From positions 21,118 through 85,117 of the IMG/VR virus record IMGVR_UViG_3300010365_001171: a stretch of 64,000 nt of DNA, one strand, 5' to 3'. This document shows positions 28,101 to 37,349 of this stretch, in pieces (position 1 is the first letter of the stretch; every line of letters begins with the position of its first letter). Below the pieces are notes generated by a model. It saw nothing but the letters and a program-made list of their open reading frames with translations, was not told the DNA's origin and did no database searches. The stretch is from a virus. Lineage: Duplodnaviria > Caudoviricetes. The position numbers and the translations under genes are program-made.

Positions 28101-31100
28101 TGATTTACAAGACGGTTGTTTATAATACTAAATAAAATCTTTTCAACGATTAGTTTATTTTTAGCTCCTTCTAAATCACTAACAGAAAGCTCTACTTCAT
28201 CTTTGCTACCTTTTTTAGTAATAGTTTTAAACGTATCTAATACAGAATTAGGTAAATCTCGCCTTTGAATTTCTTGTTTAATTAAATCTCTTAAATTAGA
28301 CCAATTTGTTATAGTAGATTTTTCATTGATTTGCTTAATTCCTAATTCTTTAATTAAACCATCTTTTTCATGATTTACCATGTCCTGTAAAAGGGTATTA
28401 TACTCATGATATAACTTAAATATTGGAGAAAGTTTTATTTTTTCATCCAAAGTTAGGTTAAACCAGTTATCATCTTTTACATCTACTGGTACACCCCCAT
28501 TAAACTTATCTTGAAAAAGTAGTTTTCTATACTGAGTACCAAAAGTATTTTCAGTCTTCATTTTAGGGGCTATTTTAACCTGATTTTTCATAAACTTCCA
28601 AAAAATAGTTTGGGTAGTTAATTCTTTATCATTAAAATCACCATCTTCACCATAAAAATCATTTATTTGTCCATTTTCATCAGTAAGCGTTTCTATTTTA
28701 GAGCCAGACGCAAATGTAGCATAACCAACCCTCTGTCTTAACATTCTATTATTTAATTTTTCGTAAGGTGTACCAGCTATTACAGATGGTATTAAAGGTA
28801 CAATAGCGTATTTATGTAAAGCTGGAACAAATAACCCTAAGCTATTCTTAATTCCACCAGTATATTGATCTTTTCTTACAGGAAATAGAGCTATTTCTTC
28901 ATTAGATAATGCTTCTCCTGTAATAATTTTTACAAAGGCGTTTTCTTGCTTTTCTGACCAACTCTCAGTTCTTAAAGAATCTACTCGATACCACTCTAAA
29001 GTACAAACAGCAGTAGCATCAGGTTCTTCATAACCTTCATGACCTTCTTCAAGTGCTTTACCCCTATAAAGTTCTAATACATCTAATTTATCTACGTATT
29101 CTTCAGCAGTCTCTTCAGAAAATCCCTCTTTTAATTTTTGGTTTTTTATACCAGCTCTAATAGTTTCATAAAATTGAGATACATTTCTAACATCCTTAAA
29201 TACAGCTACCTTAAACTCATTTGAAATTTGAAAATCAGCTTCATCTAATAAGTCATTTTCATACATGTAATTTCTTGACTGCAAAAGAGTATTAGGATTA
29301 TTACGCAAGAAACGTAACATCTCATCATCTGTTCTAGCCATTGTACCAGTAGCAGAAAAACCAGAAAAGCGTTTAAATGGATCTTTATAAAAAGCTAAAT
29401 CACCATATAATACTCTCATATTTTCTGCATTCAAAATAAAAGAAATAGTAGAATAAGCATGCGCTATTTCTTTTATAGTTAAAGATTTTCCGTCTCTGTA
29501 TTTAATACTTCCAAATAATCCTGAAATTCCTTCAACCATTTTACCATCATCCCCCTCATAGGCTAACAAAGATAGTCCACCATCTAAAAGTGCTTTTTCC
29601 ATAGCCACTGCTGTACCATTTTTGCCTAAAAAGTAAGTTGTTATAGAATCTTTAATTCTTTCTCCTTTAGGGCCTAATATGTACTCTTTTGCTAATAAAA
29701 CAGCGTGGTCTGGGGAAGAGGCAGAATCTATTAAACTTTGTAGATCTGCTTTCACTCCATTAGATAATAAAGCGTCGAAAATTACAAAAGTTGTTGCTTT
29801 TTTATCATAAATTTTAGAATTTAATTTAGTAGTTTTAGCAATTTTAATACGTTTAATTTCTGAAAGGAGAAGATCACGCATAAAAGTTCCTCCTGCAATA
29901 TGTGAACTATTTATATTTCTTAAACTAATCACTGACGCTTCTTCAAGTGATATAGGAGTATTTAATTTTTTACCTGAATTATCTTTACCCCAACTAGACA
30001 TTTTATAAGCATAAGCAGAAGATTTATCCCCAGTTCTAATGTTTTCTTGTACTCCTATAGAAAGTGCATTAAGAATATCCATAGAAAGTTTATCAAAAGC
30101 GGCTAGTTTAGTAGTGACTTGTCCCTTTTCATTCAAATTTTCTGAAGCTACCTTTAAAATATCTAAGCCATTATAACTAATTAAACTATATGTAACATTT
30201 TTACCGTTCTCTTTATTTCTTTCCCAAATACCTTCTGTATTTTTAGTAAATAATCTATTAATAACTAAACTACCTAATAACATTGGATTGGCATCCGGAT
30301 TTAAATGGTTATACTCAGGTAATGCAAAGATTTCATTTAAAGTTTCATACTCTGGATTATTTAAAGTATTAGACAATAGAGTCATATAGTTATTTAACTG
30401 GTGCTCATACTCTGGCTTATCTGCTGCATTATAAATAGACGGCTCAAAAAATGTAGAAGAGTATTTTAATTCAATTTCCCCTAATCTTTTTAAATCTTTT
30501 TTTCTACCAATAATAGCCTGTCCTTTTAAATCTTTAAATGATGAGTACTCAAGCATATCTCCTATTACATTATTAATAGGATTATTATTGCTTATCATAG
30601 TAGTTATCCATCTATGTATATCATGTATAATGTCAAAGTTACCCTCTGACTGATAATTTTTTAATATTAAATCAAATTCTCCACTTTTTACTGCGTCTTC
30701 ACTCAAATCTATACCTAAAGCCTTTAAAAATTCAACCCTTTTTGCCTTAATCTCATTAATTACAGGTTTAAAGGTAGGCTTTGAAAACATTTCATCTGTT
30801 ATTTCTATAGAATAAAATGGAAAATCAGCCAAAAAATCTTTAAATAAAAACTTAACCCCATTTACACCTTTAAAGGCATACGGAGAATCTTCAAAGTTAG
30901 TTTTCCAACTATCGAACAAACGCTCTTCTGATTTATTATTTGCTCTTTTTAACGAAATTGATCCTTTTTTAGAATCATATAAGGACACTTCTCTTGGAAC
31001 TAAGGTATTACTAAAAGTATGATAAAAATCACTTCTTTTAATAGTTGCCTGTAAAGTTAATTTTGAAGGGTTTTTACCTCCCAAATAATGAATAACAGTA

Positions 31101-33196
31101 AGAAGGCTAGGATTATCAGTAGATAAACTTTGTAATTTATCAATCATTACATTAATATCTGTAAGACCTGCTAAATTATTTAACATTACTTTCCACAATT
31201 GTATAGTATCGGCTTTATCCATAAAACCAAAAGAATTCAATTGGATAACATGCTTATCACCAGACGGAGTTACCTTTGGAATATTTTCAAGCAAACTTCT
31301 TAGTGCTATTGAAGCATCTGCATAAGAATCATTTTCGTTAGTATTTTCAAAACTATTACGAACTTTTTCTAATTCTTCTACTATTTCTTCGCCAGCATCA
31401 TTTACATTATCTTCATCCTCTTCGCTCTTTTCTATATTTTTTATGTTACGCTCTTCTAAATATTCAGACATGAGTACTTGATAGTTAGAGACTTCTCCAT
31501 TATCAGTCTGTACTTTATTGTTTAATATACTATTATACACCTTGTGTGCAAGACCCCATTTATCAAGCTTCTCTCCAAATATAGTATAGTAATTACTTAA
31601 ATCTTTATAAATTTTAGGAAAAACTTTACTATTAAATATTTTTACGGCCTCTTTGTCATTTAAATCAACATTATTTGCCATAGCATACTCAGTATACTTT
31701 ATATCAATATGGTCAAATAAACTATTTACAATTTTATCACTGTCTTGACCTAAATCATCAAATAAATAAGCGCTTCTATTTAAAGCCCCAAAAAATGAAC
31801 TTGAAGATTTAGTATAAGAATTTAAATTACCATTTTTTAAATCTGCATAAGCTTTTTCAATAGTAATATCTCCAAATAATTTATTTAAAAAAGCCTTAAT
31901 TTTTTCAAACAATGATTTGTTTTCTTTAATTAAAGAACTTTTACCCGTCTGCATAAAACCTCTAAAATCCTCTGCTATAAACTCTTCTAAAAATAAAGAT
32001 TTATCATGGTCATTTAAACTATTATAAATATCTCTATCTTTTTTATTTAATTTTCCTAAAGCTTCATTATAGAGACGATTTATTTGAGTGTCTAATAAAT
32101 ACATTTGGGAAAACTCGTGCCATGCCTCATGATATAGCGTACCAGAGGCCGCGTTAGCGTAAAGAGTAACACCTGCCCTAGTCCAAGTTCCAAATACATT
32201 ACTATTAATAGTAGCAGAAATGTTAAGTCTTGTCCCATTTAAATTAAGTCTTGAATTAAACCAATTTATTTCTTCAGTAGAAACATTTGTATTATTTTCA
32301 GCAATAGCAGTCCTATTTAATGTTAAACTTTTTAAATCCCTAGATTCTTCTAAAGTTAGTTCATTCCAAGTGTTACCAAATTCATCAGTAATAACTTTTA
32401 CATTCTCTTTACCATAAGTTTTATTAAGAATATTAGTTACAGTATTTTCATAGAAGTTATAAATAGGTTTTAAAGCACCAAATCCTTCAGTTTCTACTCT
32501 TTCAAGTTCTTGTTTAAGTTGAGTTATTTCTGTATTAACTCTTTCTTGGTCAGATTTAATTTTAGATACTGTTAAAATATTAGATTGTGTAGAATTTTCA
32601 TTAGCATATTTTTGAGCTTCTTCCTCATTAGTAAATTCTTTATCATTTTCTCCAAAAACATCAAACATATCTCTTACTAACCAAGTATTATCTAATCTAA
32701 ATTTTTGATTTTCAAGTTCTTTAATTCTACCTTCTGTCTGTTTCTTAAATTCTTCTAAAGTAGTATGTCCTTCAACTTTACTAGCAGTATTACCACTAGG
32801 AAATAACACTTTTTCATATCCTTTCTTAGCACTATCTTGTATAATAGATTTAACAAAGAATGTTACCCAGTTATTATCTTTTTGAAGTAATTTAGTAAAA
32901 GCATCTGCATTATCTAAATATGTATCTAAAAATGTTTCCCAAGTTTTAGTATATTCATTTGCATTTATCTCAGTACCGTTCTTATAATAATGCCAGACAT
33001 TTTTATCATCTTTTTTTGCAGTATATTTATTATTTTCAAATTCAAAATTATTTCTCCATTTCTGAAATAAATCAGATTGAACCTCCATCACTCTCCTAAC
33101 TTTTTGGATAGAAAGAAATTGAGGATTGATTACTTGATTTATAAATTCTTCTTTAGAATTATAAGTTGTTCCTTTATATGTGTATTTACAAGCCAT
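25160..33196 (-). CDS. Virion-packaged DNA-dependent RNA polymerase (crAss-like, phi14:2 gp66 type) with a zincin domain
   Basis: GYRIPTQGLNS and AGSDFDVDKL catalytic loop (DFDVD at 27623-27637); HEAWH zincin motif at 32117-32131; 2678-aa single chain; C-terminal ASCH-like segment. Confidence 0.9.
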   Translation of the reverse strand: MACKYTYKGTTYNSKEEFINQVINPQFLSIQKVRRVMEVQSDLFQKWRNNFEFENNKYTAKKDDKNVWHYYKNGTEINANEYTKTWETFLDTYLDNADAFTKLLQKDNNWVTFFVKSIIQDSAKKGYEKVLFPSGNTASKVEGHTTLEEFKKQTEGRIKELENQKFRLDNTWLVRDMFDVFGENDKEFTNEEEAQKYANENSTQSNILTVSKIKSDQERVNTEITQLKQELERVETEGFGALKPIYNFYENTVTNILNKTYGKENVKVITDEFGNTWNELTLEESRDLKSLTLNRTAIAENNTNVSTEEINWFNSRLNLNGTRLNISATINSNVFGTWTRAGVTLYANAASGTLYHEAWHEFSQMYLLDTQINRLYNEALGKLNKKDRDIYNSLNDHDKSLFLEEFIAEDFRGFMQTGKSSLIKENKSLFEKIKAFLNKLFGDITIEKAYADLKNGNLNSYTKSSSSFFGALNRSAYLFDDLGQDSDKIVNSLFDHIDIKYTEYAMANNVDLNDKEAVKIFNSKVFPKIYKDLSNYYTIFGEKLDKWGLAHKVYNSILNNKVQTDNGEVSNYQVLMSEYLEERNIKNIEKSEEDEDNVNDAGEEIVEELEKVRNSFENTNENDSYADASIALRSLLENIPKVTPSGDKHVIQLNSFGFMDKADTIQLWKVMLNNLAGLTDINVMIDKLQSLSTDNPSLLTVIHYLGGKNPSKLTLQATIKRSDFYHTFSNTLVPREVSLYDSKKGSISLKRANNKSEERLFDSWKTNFEDSPYAFKGVNGVKFLFKDFLADFPFYSIEITDEMFSKPTFKPVINEIKAKRVEFLKALGIDLSEDAVKSGEFDLILKNYQSEGNFDIIHDIHRWITTMISNNNPINNVIGDMLEYSSFKDLKGQAIIGRKKDLKRLGEIELKYSSTFFEPSIYNAADKPEYEHQLNNYMTLLSNTLNNPEYETLNEIFALPEYNHLNPDANPMLLGSLVINRLFTKNTEGIWERNKENGKNVTYSLISYNGLDILKVASENLNEKGQVTTKLAAFDKLSMDILNALSIGVQENIRTGDKSSAYAYKMSSWGKDNSGKKLNTPISLEEASVISLRNINSSHIAGGTFMRDLLLSEIKRIKIAKTTKLNSKIYDKKATTFVIFDALLSNGVKADLQSLIDSASSPDHAVLLAKEYILGPKGERIKDSITTYFLGKNGTAVAMEKALLDGGLSLLAYEGDDGKMVEGISGLFGSIKYRDGKSLTIKEIAHAYSTISFILNAENMRVLYGDLAFYKDPFKRFSGFSATGTMARTDDEMLRFLRNNPNTLLQSRNYMYENDLLDEADFQISNEFKVAVFKDVRNVSQFYETIRAGIKNQKLKEGFSEETAEEYVDKLDVLELYRGKALEEGHEGYEEPDATAVCTLEWYRVDSLRTESWSEKQENAFVKIITGEALSNEEIALFPVRKDQYTGGIKNSLGLFVPALHKYAIVPLIPSVIAGTPYEKLNNRMLRQRVGYATFASGSKIETLTDENGQINDFYGEDGDFNDKELTTQTIFWKFMKNQVKIAPKMKTENTFGTQYRKLLFQDKFNGGVPVDVKDDNWFNLTLDEKIKLSPIFKLYHEYNTLLQDMVNHEKDGLIKELGIKQINEKSTITNWSNLRDLIKQEIQRRDLPNSVLDTFKTITKKGSKDEVELSVSDLEGAKNKLIVEKILFSIINNRLVNQKVYGDALVQASVTGFEKTYVKERFKNKGYSKDLAFYRIDPNTGETLAMQVKISFDPNKHMALLALEFEGKNFKRETLAESIKDLNAILMAARLDENSKEGKWVEKNKKFLTMVGYRIPTQGLNSIEVMQVVEFLDPSMASTIIVPSEIVVSAGSDFDVDKLNIFQYKISGGIEEGSKPFILTKTFDKNGIKTVFSNRLLDVAVKSLLMPESFEGMVTPNSTNIIKDQIADKIKAAVGARTGEFNLSKSPTLVLDALNILEQFNAFLGGKDTLGIAALANTFTQLYQSSGAYLSNFVDKREVMYFLPHRKVIVDGVEHIDYSHSYTLDDIKKSELFSQFINAYVDIAKEPFIFYMNAGKMMAPVIFHMLQMGTSPIDVANFMNQPIIRDYVKMLNMKESKFLKIAFSRSRNEELSGNFKSFVQDSLVEKYSDSNKGFKGIKNDFLSNYVKYANSSYERISKSLADDLIMPLNFDKNSPSSKRQLIYLAQLDELLFQSGLLRDVTGTLNFDTGKTSNIMSLIDKSQKVTKYSKTDNIFPSVVYNRIKNETPIRAFENFDLLKELFTPLFPLSSNPLVLDTLAKIKLDLTKAGIYGAKSVEKVEKLFYNQLISFIVQNGLIVEGKFVNNIFTKYAKMLSGENNIGTRLNNLQNRFEEVMPNAKETRFINLFSKKESKNSNIVSITYEGDRITGRLANAYEKQFSDLLEFTHPDEKFADDVRTFFKDLIYTNLVENGISKTGTTFNELIPSEEFRNVVRPLIDSFISQITQTQSGTNLFKGFLDHFPALFRQNNGGIFKEISAKGTGNFKEYKLRISNGLFRLSPTIVSKKNAFIEIDPNFSSDLLGGDTVGTLTPATGTFSFYGFTNIKNAAKLSAWQNVEAVSPSAVSYYNVKTRVLSNEQLFIEGKKTALTLPVTITQVKEGDKTIDTLKIEDKSYRVGDVVFFGHSFNKFRITALVDLGKNLNNHDMLTVMAKKEYVNL

Positions 33197-33199
33197 AAT

Positions 33200-33874
33200 T
33201 TACTTCTTTTTTGTTAATGAAGGATTTTTAAAATTTAGAACAGTAGTATTTTCTAACAAATTAAAATATTCTTTCCAGGTTTGATTAGATACAAATCTCA
33301 AAATACTTCTATAATTAAAATCATATTCTTTACAAATTTGTTTAATTGTTTTAATATTACTTTCTTTATTTGCAATATCTACAAATTTTAAAATCTGTTC
33401 TGAATTTACTTTATCTCCAATTCTATTACCTTTAATTTGGTTTACTATTTTAGATACTTTTTCTTTAGTTTCTTTAGAATGAGTTTTACCTAATTTCAAT
33501 TGTCTTTGTGCTTCTTTTTGTTCAGGAGTTCTAATTTTGCCTTTTAGAGATTCAGAAAGATTTTGTTTATGTTCTGATGTAAAAATTCTGTTTAAATTTG
33601 AACCTGCTGTTGGGCAAATATTATATTTAGGTAACAATGTATCTATATAATGTTGTTCTCTAACAAGTAAATTTTCTTTTTCACATTCTTCAATTAAAGT
33701 TATTAAAAAAGAATCTTCTTTATATTTATTAAATGCTCTTTGAAGTTTAATTGAGTAATGTTTATTTTGTCTTAATAAACATAAGTGAGAACCTTTTCTA
33801 ACATTGAAATTAGAACAAGAACCTATATACAAGTTTCCATTTATAGTATTTTCTATTTTATAAATTCCTACCAT
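33200..33874 (-). CDS. Free-standing GIY-YIG homing endonuclease with NUMOD3-like repeats
   Basis: MVGIYKIENTINGNLYIGS..R..SH; FTSEHKQNLSES and HSKETKEKVS repeats. The ATG at 33874 is preferred over the GTG at 33883 in the ORF track. Confidence 0.88.
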   Translation of the reverse strand: MVGIYKIENTINGNLYIGSCSNFNVRKGSHLCLLRQNKHYSIKLQRAFNKYKEDSFLITLIEECEKENLLVREQHYIDTLLPKYNICPTAGSNLNRIFTSEHKQNLSESLKGKIRTPEQKEAQRQLKLGKTHSKETKEKVSKIVNQIKGNRIGDKVNSEQILKFVDIANKESNIKTIKQICKEYDFNYRSILRFVSNQTWKEYFNLLENTTVLNFKNPSLTKKK

Positions 33875-33875
33875 C

Positions 33876-36800
33876 TTATCCACAATTAACTTCTAATATA
33901 CCACTTTTTTTCATAATTTCTATCAAATTATCAATATCTTTTTCTTGATAATTTTGTTTTTCATCTGCTCTCATCCAACCAATTGTATTATCTGTTTTAA
34001 ACTGGGCGTGAGATTGTATAGAAGGAACTATCATAGGAGTTTCAATGTTAGCTTCTATATAACTTCCATTAGTACCACCTGGAACTGTTAAGTTAAAATA
34101 ATGTTGAGTATTTTCAGTAGTTTGTTCTCTTGCTTTTAAATATTCTTCTTTTGTTATTTCTTGTGGTTCTGTAAATGTATCAGGTTCCCACATTTGAAAG
34201 TTTTGAGAGTCTGTAATATCAGATACTTCAAAAATTTGAAGTCCATTTGAACTATATCCTCTTCTATAATATTTATTATTTAATACAAAACCATCAGTAG
34301 TATTATCTTTATCTAGTTGTTTTTTAGCGGTATTAATCTCAACACTATAACTATAATTGGAAGCTAATTCTAAAACTATTTGTTCTCTTAAATCAGATTG
34401 TTGAGATTGTAAAATATACTCTTTAAATCCTTCTATATCTTGTTTAGAACCCAATATATGAATTTGTTCGGGTTCAAATACTACAAAAACATCCCCTCTA
34501 GTATCAAAGTCAATAGTATTTCTTCTAATTGTAGTATTATTATTTTCTTTAATATTTAAAATAGCTGGTATAATTCTAGTACCTACCCTATCTGCAATTT
34601 TATATGAACCAAAATAAAAACCCTTAGCCATGTCGTCACTTCTTAGGCCCTGACCTTTACCTATAAAAGATTTATCAAAATTATCAAATTTAGGTTTTTC
34701 TCTCCCAGAATTATCGAAACCTCTTGTACCATGATAAACAATATCTTTTACTTTACTACCAGGAAATATAGTATCTAAATATTGAGAATATTGCTCTGAT
34801 GTACCTATATTAGCTAATTCAGGATTAGATTCAAATAATTCTGGTACACCTTTTGTAGGCTCTGTATTAGAAATTATTTTTTCTCTATCAGTAATATCTA
34901 AATCTAAAAGTAATTGTTTTTGAGCACTAGGTATTTGAAGTTCAGTTAAAATTTTATTTAAATCCCAACCATTCTTTTTACCTTTTTCAAATACTTGTTT
35001 AGCCTTATCAGAAGATAAAATATCTACAGCTTTTAAATTATAATCTACTTTACTTAAATTTAAAGAACTAGACTCTATAACAGAATTAGCTTGATTATTA
35101 ATTTTTCTATTTTCAACTTTGTTAAGTAAAACATTTATATCAGAATTTGTAATTTTAAGAGTTATGCCTAAAGATTTTAAAACCTCTTTTATAAAAGCCA
35201 CTATTTTATTATACATAGTAGGGTTAGTAGTAGGAGTCTCTGCTAATTTAGCTATGTACTCTTGTCCAACTTGGCTTATTTCTGCTTTACTAAGAGATTT
35301 GATTTCTTTCCCATAATATAATTGACTAATTTTCTCTATAGCAGCTCTTTGTTGGCCGGAAGATTTTGTAACTAAGTCAGAAGCAAAAGTATCTAATTTA
35401 TCACCTAAATAATTTATAACGCCTGCGTGACCTAATGTTTCATGTCTATAAGTTTCTTCAGCCTCTCCCATTGTAGTTAGGTTAGACTGTATTAAGTACA
35501 CTTTTCCGGAAGCTTTATGATATAGACCTTTAACCTCACCTTCAGCCCCCATATTTTTAATAGCTTCTTGGATATCTAAAGGAAGTTCTGTTTCATATTT
35601 GACAATAACAGCATCAGGATACCGTTCCTGAAGCTTTTTAACACTCGTACCTCTAGTATCTTTTGTTACAGATGCTGTTTTACCTTTTTTAGATAAATCA
35701 ACTGAAAATGGAGTATCCTCATCATTGTCTAAACTATCAGCTTCATTTGCTTCAGTACTAATTTCTGTAGGATTTAATTCGTTAGAACCAGTTTTTATAG
35801 AATCCTCTTTTATGTTTAAACCGTCTGTGGAAAGAAGGTTTAACTGATCCTTTAAATATTTAAATAATTTTGGTGCTTTTTGTTCAAGCATTGCTTTACC
35901 TGTACCAATACCATCAGCAGGTATTACAATTGTTTTACCACTATCTTTAGCTTGTTGAATAGCTTCATCTACTTGTTGTTTAAATTGATTAAAATCTGCA
36001 TCAGTAAAGTAAGAAGAGTTATTAAATGTAGCTATTTTATACTCTATTTGCCAAGCTTTATTTAACTTAGGTTTTACTTTAGAATTAAAATAATCAACAG
36101 ACCACCCTTCTAAAGAACTCCATTGTTCAGGGGTTTTACCACTACCTACTAATTTATGTAAAGGTTTAGTAACTTCAACTAATACTTTTTTATTATTTTG
36201 CCCTTCCCACTCTATTACATCTCCTACCCTTAAATTTTTCCAATATTCAATATGGCCATCAGATTCATATCTTGTAGTAGCAGTCCTCTCACCTTTTTCA
36301 ATAGCTTCTAAAGTAGTATTAGCTATAACATCATTTCTCTTATTATCACCATAAGAAAAAGACATCTTACCTTTAGCAGAGGGTTTAGCTATATTACCTT
36401 CATTAGTCTTCCTATTCTTTTTAGTATCAATACCAATAGCATTAGGTAAACCTCTGATAACAGCTTGTGTAGATGAAGGTACGTATCCTATAGTTCTATC
36501 TGATGTATTATCACCAAATAAAAATACCTTATCAGTTTGCTTGGCTACATCAGCTCTAGTCCAAAAGCCATTAAAAAATTCTACTTTATTTAAACTAGGG
36601 TTTTGTGGAATTTCTAATTGCTCTCCCCTTTTATCAGAAGAATTTACTACCTCTTTAGTAGTATTAATATCTACAGTGCCTGCTACTGTTGTTTTGACAT
36701 CAAACTGGCCTTTATACACTAATAAAAGATCTAAAAATCTTTCTACAGTCCAATCCCCTTCTTTTAAATCAGTTGATTCTAATTTAGGTTTTAAAAGCAT

Positions 36801-37349
36801 GTCTACCCCTGACTTAAACTTAGTTACAGTTTTTCTAAAAGAATCTTCAACACCACTAAGAATTTTACCTGTTTTAGGGTCAAGTCTTTTATTACCCGCC
36901 AATTCAATTGCATTAGCGACTTTCTGTAAATTAAAATTTGTACCAGTAAGACCTTCTAAAGACTTTTCTAAGACTTCCTTATACAAAATACCATCAAGAT
37001 TTGCTAACAGCTTATTAAAAACTGTTGGGTTCTCTTTTTCGATTAATTGTAGAAAAGGCAGAGAAAAATGTTTTAATAACGTACTATTAGATACTACTTT
37101 TCCCTTATTAATGTATACGGTACCTTCGTTGTTAATAACACTTATTTGGTTAGTTAACAAATCATTTACAATACTGTTTACTTTATATGTTTTTGATTTT
37201 TCGAATGATTTAATAAAATCTTCCGAGGAACCCTTCATATCTGTATCAGAGGATTCATTTTGTATAAATTGAGCAACTGATACATACCCATACTTAGCAA
37301 TTGCCTTTGCGGCTTTTATTAACGTCTCTGACGTTAGACATACACTCAT
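33876..37349 (-). CDS. Polyvalent cargo protein (1157 aa): macro-like domain with ASCH insert, zincin metallopeptidase, ART-like domain
   Basis: VFLFGDN..GIGTG macro-like halves flank an ASCH-type GERTATTR..VGD segment; HETLGH at 35427-35444; IVYHGT..GFYFG..VVFEPEQIHILG; ends EVNCG. Confidence 0.75.
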   Translation of the reverse strand: MSVCLTSETLIKAAKAIAKYGYVSVAQFIQNESSDTDMKGSSEDFIKSFEKSKTYKVNSIVNDLLTNQISVINNEGTVYINKGKVVSNSTLLKHFSLPFLQLIEKENPTVFNKLLANLDGILYKEVLEKSLEGLTGTNFNLQKVANAIELAGNKRLDPKTGKILSGVEDSFRKTVTKFKSGVDMLLKPKLESTDLKEGDWTVERFLDLLLVYKGQFDVKTTVAGTVDINTTKEVVNSSDKRGEQLEIPQNPSLNKVEFFNGFWTRADVAKQTDKVFLFGDNTSDRTIGYVPSSTQAVIRGLPNAIGIDTKKNRKTNEGNIAKPSAKGKMSFSYGDNKRNDVIANTTLEAIEKGERTATTRYESDGHIEYWKNLRVGDVIEWEGQNNKKVLVEVTKPLHKLVGSGKTPEQWSSLEGWSVDYFNSKVKPKLNKAWQIEYKIATFNNSSYFTDADFNQFKQQVDEAIQQAKDSGKTIVIPADGIGTGKAMLEQKAPKLFKYLKDQLNLLSTDGLNIKEDSIKTGSNELNPTEISTEANEADSLDNDEDTPFSVDLSKKGKTASVTKDTRGTSVKKLQERYPDAVIVKYETELPLDIQEAIKNMGAEGEVKGLYHKASGKVYLIQSNLTTMGEAEETYRHETLGHAGVINYLGDKLDTFASDLVTKSSGQQRAAIEKISQLYYGKEIKSLSKAEISQVGQEYIAKLAETPTTNPTMYNKIVAFIKEVLKSLGITLKITNSDINVLLNKVENRKINNQANSVIESSSLNLSKVDYNLKAVDILSSDKAKQVFEKGKKNGWDLNKILTELQIPSAQKQLLLDLDITDREKIISNTEPTKGVPELFESNPELANIGTSEQYSQYLDTIFPGSKVKDIVYHGTRGFDNSGREKPKFDNFDKSFIGKGQGLRSDDMAKGFYFGSYKIADRVGTRIIPAILNIKENNNTTIRRNTIDFDTRGDVFVVFEPEQIHILGSKQDIEGFKEYILQSQQSDLREQIVLELASNYSYSVEINTAKKQLDKDNTTDGFVLNNKYYRRGYSSNGLQIFEVSDITDSQNFQMWEPDTFTEPQEITKEEYLKAREQTTENTQHYFNLTVPGGTNGSYIEANIETPMIVPSIQSHAQFKTDNTIGWMRADEKQNYQEKDIDNLIEIMKKSGILEVNCG

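Noticed and set aside
33200-33883. GIY-YIG gene as an intron-encoded ORF joining the 1157-aa protein and the RNAP
   Set aside because: There is no room for a ribozyme core, no P7-type GACUA/UAGUC elements were seen, and both neighbours have their own stop or start within a few nt.
36541-37272. 243-aa plus-strand ORF, and similar antisense ORFs (e.g. 39816..40262, 5192..5551, 9224..9559, 12539..12799)
   Set aside because: They lie wholly opposite well-supported genes, are Ser/Leu/Phe-rich mirror translations and have no motifs.
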